Under the pieces are notes generated by a model. It made no database searches and had not been told where the DNA came from. It worked only from the letters and a program-made list of their open reading frames with translations. Positions 62,501-64,000 of a stretch of DNA of 64,000 nucleotides are shown piece after piece. A program made the position numbers and the translations under genes. How positions within the stretch are numbered: the first letter of the stretch is position 1; each line of letters starts with the position of its first letter. This DNA comes from Somniosus microcephalus (lineage: Eukaryota). The DNA is taken from NCBI GenBank assembly GCA_052327205.1, contig CM126203.1:322090001-322154000 (forward strand), written 5' to 3'.

Positions 62501-62860
62501 AGAGAATGTTTCCAATGGCCGGGGAGCACAGAACCAGGGGCCACAGTCTAAAAATAGCGGGCAAATCATTTAAAACAGAGATGAGGAAGAATTTCTTCAC
62601 TCAAAGAGTGGTGAGCCTGTGGAATTCCCTGCCACAGAGGGCTGTGAAGGCTAATTCAATAAATATTTTCAAGAGAGAATTGGATATATTTCTGAAGGCT
62701 AAGGGGATTAAGGGTTACGGAGAAAAGGCGGGGACGGGGTACTGAACTGGTAAGATCAGCTATGATCTCAGACGAAGATCAGCCATGATCTCATTGAATG
62801 GCGGAGCAGGCTCGAAGGGCCGAATGGCCTACTCCTGTTCCTATCTCTATGTATCTATGT
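59572..62860 (+). mobile_element. Young CR1 LINE, 5'-truncated in ORF1, with intact ORF2
   Basis: ORF1 tail with SGNH-esterase-like DGLHLN; TSD ATCCTT (59566-59571 / 62861-62866); (tatctatg)n tail. Confidence 0.96.
59836..62745 (+). CDS. CR1 ORF2: APE endonuclease and reverse transcriptase (969 aa, uninterrupted)
   Basis: YLNARSIRNK, ITETW, YRPP, GDFN, SDHN (APE); YLDFQKAFDKVPH, GVPQGSVLGP, FADD (RT); RTRGHSLK C-terminus. Confidence 0.95.
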   Translation: MKSEIDGRKVRSNKQRRETQRAKLIHNESVKKASLKALYLNARSIRNKVDELVVEIEVNKYDLIGITETWLQGGQGWELNIQGYTIFRKDRQKGRGGGVALLVKEGINAMERKDINSDETESVWVEMRNSKGRKTLVGVIYRPPNSNMEVREGIKREIREACDKSTAVIMGDFNLHIDWTTQISKNSEEEEFLECFRDGYLDQYVEEPTRDQAILDWVLCNEKGLISNLLVRGPLGQSDHNMIELSVEMESEEIESETKVQNLNKGNYEGMRRELGKIDWVVFLGGLTVDRQWQAFKDRMEEFQNMFIPVWHKNKPKKVTQPWITREIRDSIKSKKRAYQLAKKSTRPEDWGQYRIQQKRTKGLIRKGKIEYESKLAANIKTDCKSFYRYIRRKRLVKSQVGPLQSDSGEYIMENKEMADQLNSYFGSVFTKEDTNNLPGISANIGTNEREELTEISISRDMVLGKLRGLKADKSPGPDKLHPRVLKEVALEIADALRIIFRNSIDSGTVPVDWRLANVTPIFKKGGREKAGNYRPVSLTSVVGKMLESIIKDKIAEHLTNGERIGQSQHGFTKGKSCLTNLLEFFEEVTGRIDGGEPVDVVYLDFQKAFDKVPHKRLSCKIKAHGIGGNVLTWIENWLADRKQRVGINGSFSEWQAVTSGVPQGSVLGPQLFTIYINDLDQGIGCNISKFADDTKLGGGVGSDEDVRRLQCDLDRLGEWADTWQMHYNVDKCEVIHFGGKNRRVDYYLNGNRLGDGEVQRDLGVLVHQSLKESMQVQQAIKKANGMLAFISRGFEYRNRDTLLQLYKVLVRPHLEYCVQFWSPHLRKDVLAMERVQRRFTRLIPGMAGMTYEERLNSLGLYSLEFRRLRGDLIETYKIMAGLDRLNSERMFPMAGEHRTRGHSLKIAGKSFKTEMRKNFFTQRVVSLWNSLPQRAVKANSINIFKRELDIFLKAKGIKGYGEKAGTGY

Positions 62861-62923
62861 ATCCTTAGTCCCTCCTCTTCCTCACCTACATGCTTTCTCT
62901 TGGTGACATCATCCAAAGACATG

Positions 62924-63586
62924 GGCCCAGATTTTTAACTTCTCCTGCTTGGTGGAGATCGGGTGGGGGGAGAGGGGGTGGGGGGGGAGATAAAATGAGG
63001 CCAGTGACTTAGCGCCTCTGATCCCGCTGCTGGCGAGCAGGACATCCACAGGAAGGAAGCGGGAATCCTTCTTTAAATAAGCAGATTGGGTCTGATGATA
63101 ACATTGGGACCCGATCTGCAATTTTAGTTGAAGGTCTGAGCGGGGAAGCAGCGACAGCTTCTGCATCAGGCCAGACCTGTCGGGAGCTGGAGTGTGGGCC
63201 AGAAGAGGCCCAGCAAGGTAAGTTTATCATTTATTTTTAGGTTTCCTTTTGGGCCAGGAGGAGCTCCTCTGGTCCTCACAAGGAAACCATGGGGCCTCTC
63301 ATGCCCCGGGCTCTCTCGCTCTCCCCCGATCGCAGCCAGAGCCCACCCCCTAAATTGAGGCTAGAGCACCCACTGCCCCCCCCTCTCCCTGATCACCTCC
63401 AGAGCTCCGTTCCTCAACTGTCTGCCTGGGACAGTTCCCACAGGTCCCCCCTACGGCATCCTGCAGCCGAATTCCCGCTCCCACCCACCAGCAAGGTAGT
63501 GGATCAAGTTGAGTCAGAGAAAATGTATACAAATGAACCCCAGAGCTCCTGTGCACTGTACCAGCCCCACGATTAAAATCAGGGCC
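62924..63586. mobile_element. Non-autonomous DNA transposon (Harbinger-like MITE)
   Basis: TIRs GGCCCAGATTTTTAAC / GGCCCTGATTTTAATC; 3-bp TSD ATG (62921-62923 / 63587-63589). Confidence 0.65.
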
Positions 63587-63684
63587 ATGCTGTCAGTTTG
63601 GCAGATTGGCAGAAGTGGGCTTCAGTCAGGCAGTGTTGTCGAGATGAAAAGAAAATTGACTTTCTAACAGATCAGATGTGGGGG

Positions 63685-64000
63685 AGGAGGTACCAGGGAT
63701 GAGGGACTGAAGTTATCTGGAGAGACTAGAGAAGCTGAGATTGTTCTCCTTAGAGCAGAGAAGATGTAATAGCGGTGTTCAAAATTATGAGGGGTTCTGA
63801 TGGAGTAGATAGGGAGAAACTGTTTCCACTGGCAGGAGGGTCGATAGCCAAAGGACACAGATTTAAGATAATTGGCAAAAAATCCAGGGGGGAAAAGAGG
63901 AGAATTTTTTTATCGCAGCGAGTTGTTACAATCTGGAAAGTATTGCCTGAAAGCTCAGTGGAAGCAGATTAAATAATAACTTTCAAAAGGGAATTGCATA
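63685..64000 (+). mobile_element. Degraded CR1 3' fragment
   Basis: FKIMRGSDGVDREKLFPLAGG..KGHRFKI..QRVVTIW. Confidence 0.8.

Noticed and set aside
1-64000. CRISPR arrays, prokaryotic operons or rRNA
   Set aside because: None seen; the sequence is eukaryotic with spliceosomal introns.

Overview
Vertebrate genomic DNA, most likely a cartilaginous fish (shark), judged from V-SINE/HE1-type SINEs, shark-type CR1 and L2 LINEs and Penelope-derived repeats. Two protein-coding genes lie in tandem on the minus strand in the same order as in mammals. ST8SIA3 has 4 coding exons (50325->41652, 381 aa) and lies upstream of ONECUT2, which has 2 coding exons (28714->11569, 464 aa), a 15.75-kb intron and a multi-kb 3'UTR. 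The centre of the window (~14.5-44.6 kb) is TE-poor and keeps its CpGs. The flanks hold nested retroelements, including a young CR1 with an intact 969-aa ORF2. The most notable signals are: (1) a dispersed Penelope-derived repeat carrying a minimal hammerhead-ribozyme motif with covarying pairs, one copy forming a head-to-head palindrome and one lying sense in an ST8SIA3 intron; (2) a very dense, spatially partitioned array of miR-9, miR-218, let-7 and miR-124 seed sites in the ONECUT2 3'UTR; (3) a perfect RE1/REST core plus CTCF motifs in the ONECUT2 intron; (4) uORFs, one abutting the ONECUT2 start codon; (5) a LINE with a tRNA-like Pol III head and no ORF1, whose tail supplies an AATAAA to the ST8SIA3 3'UTR. 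I found no entirely new gene system. The candidate novelties are regulatory or RNA-level.
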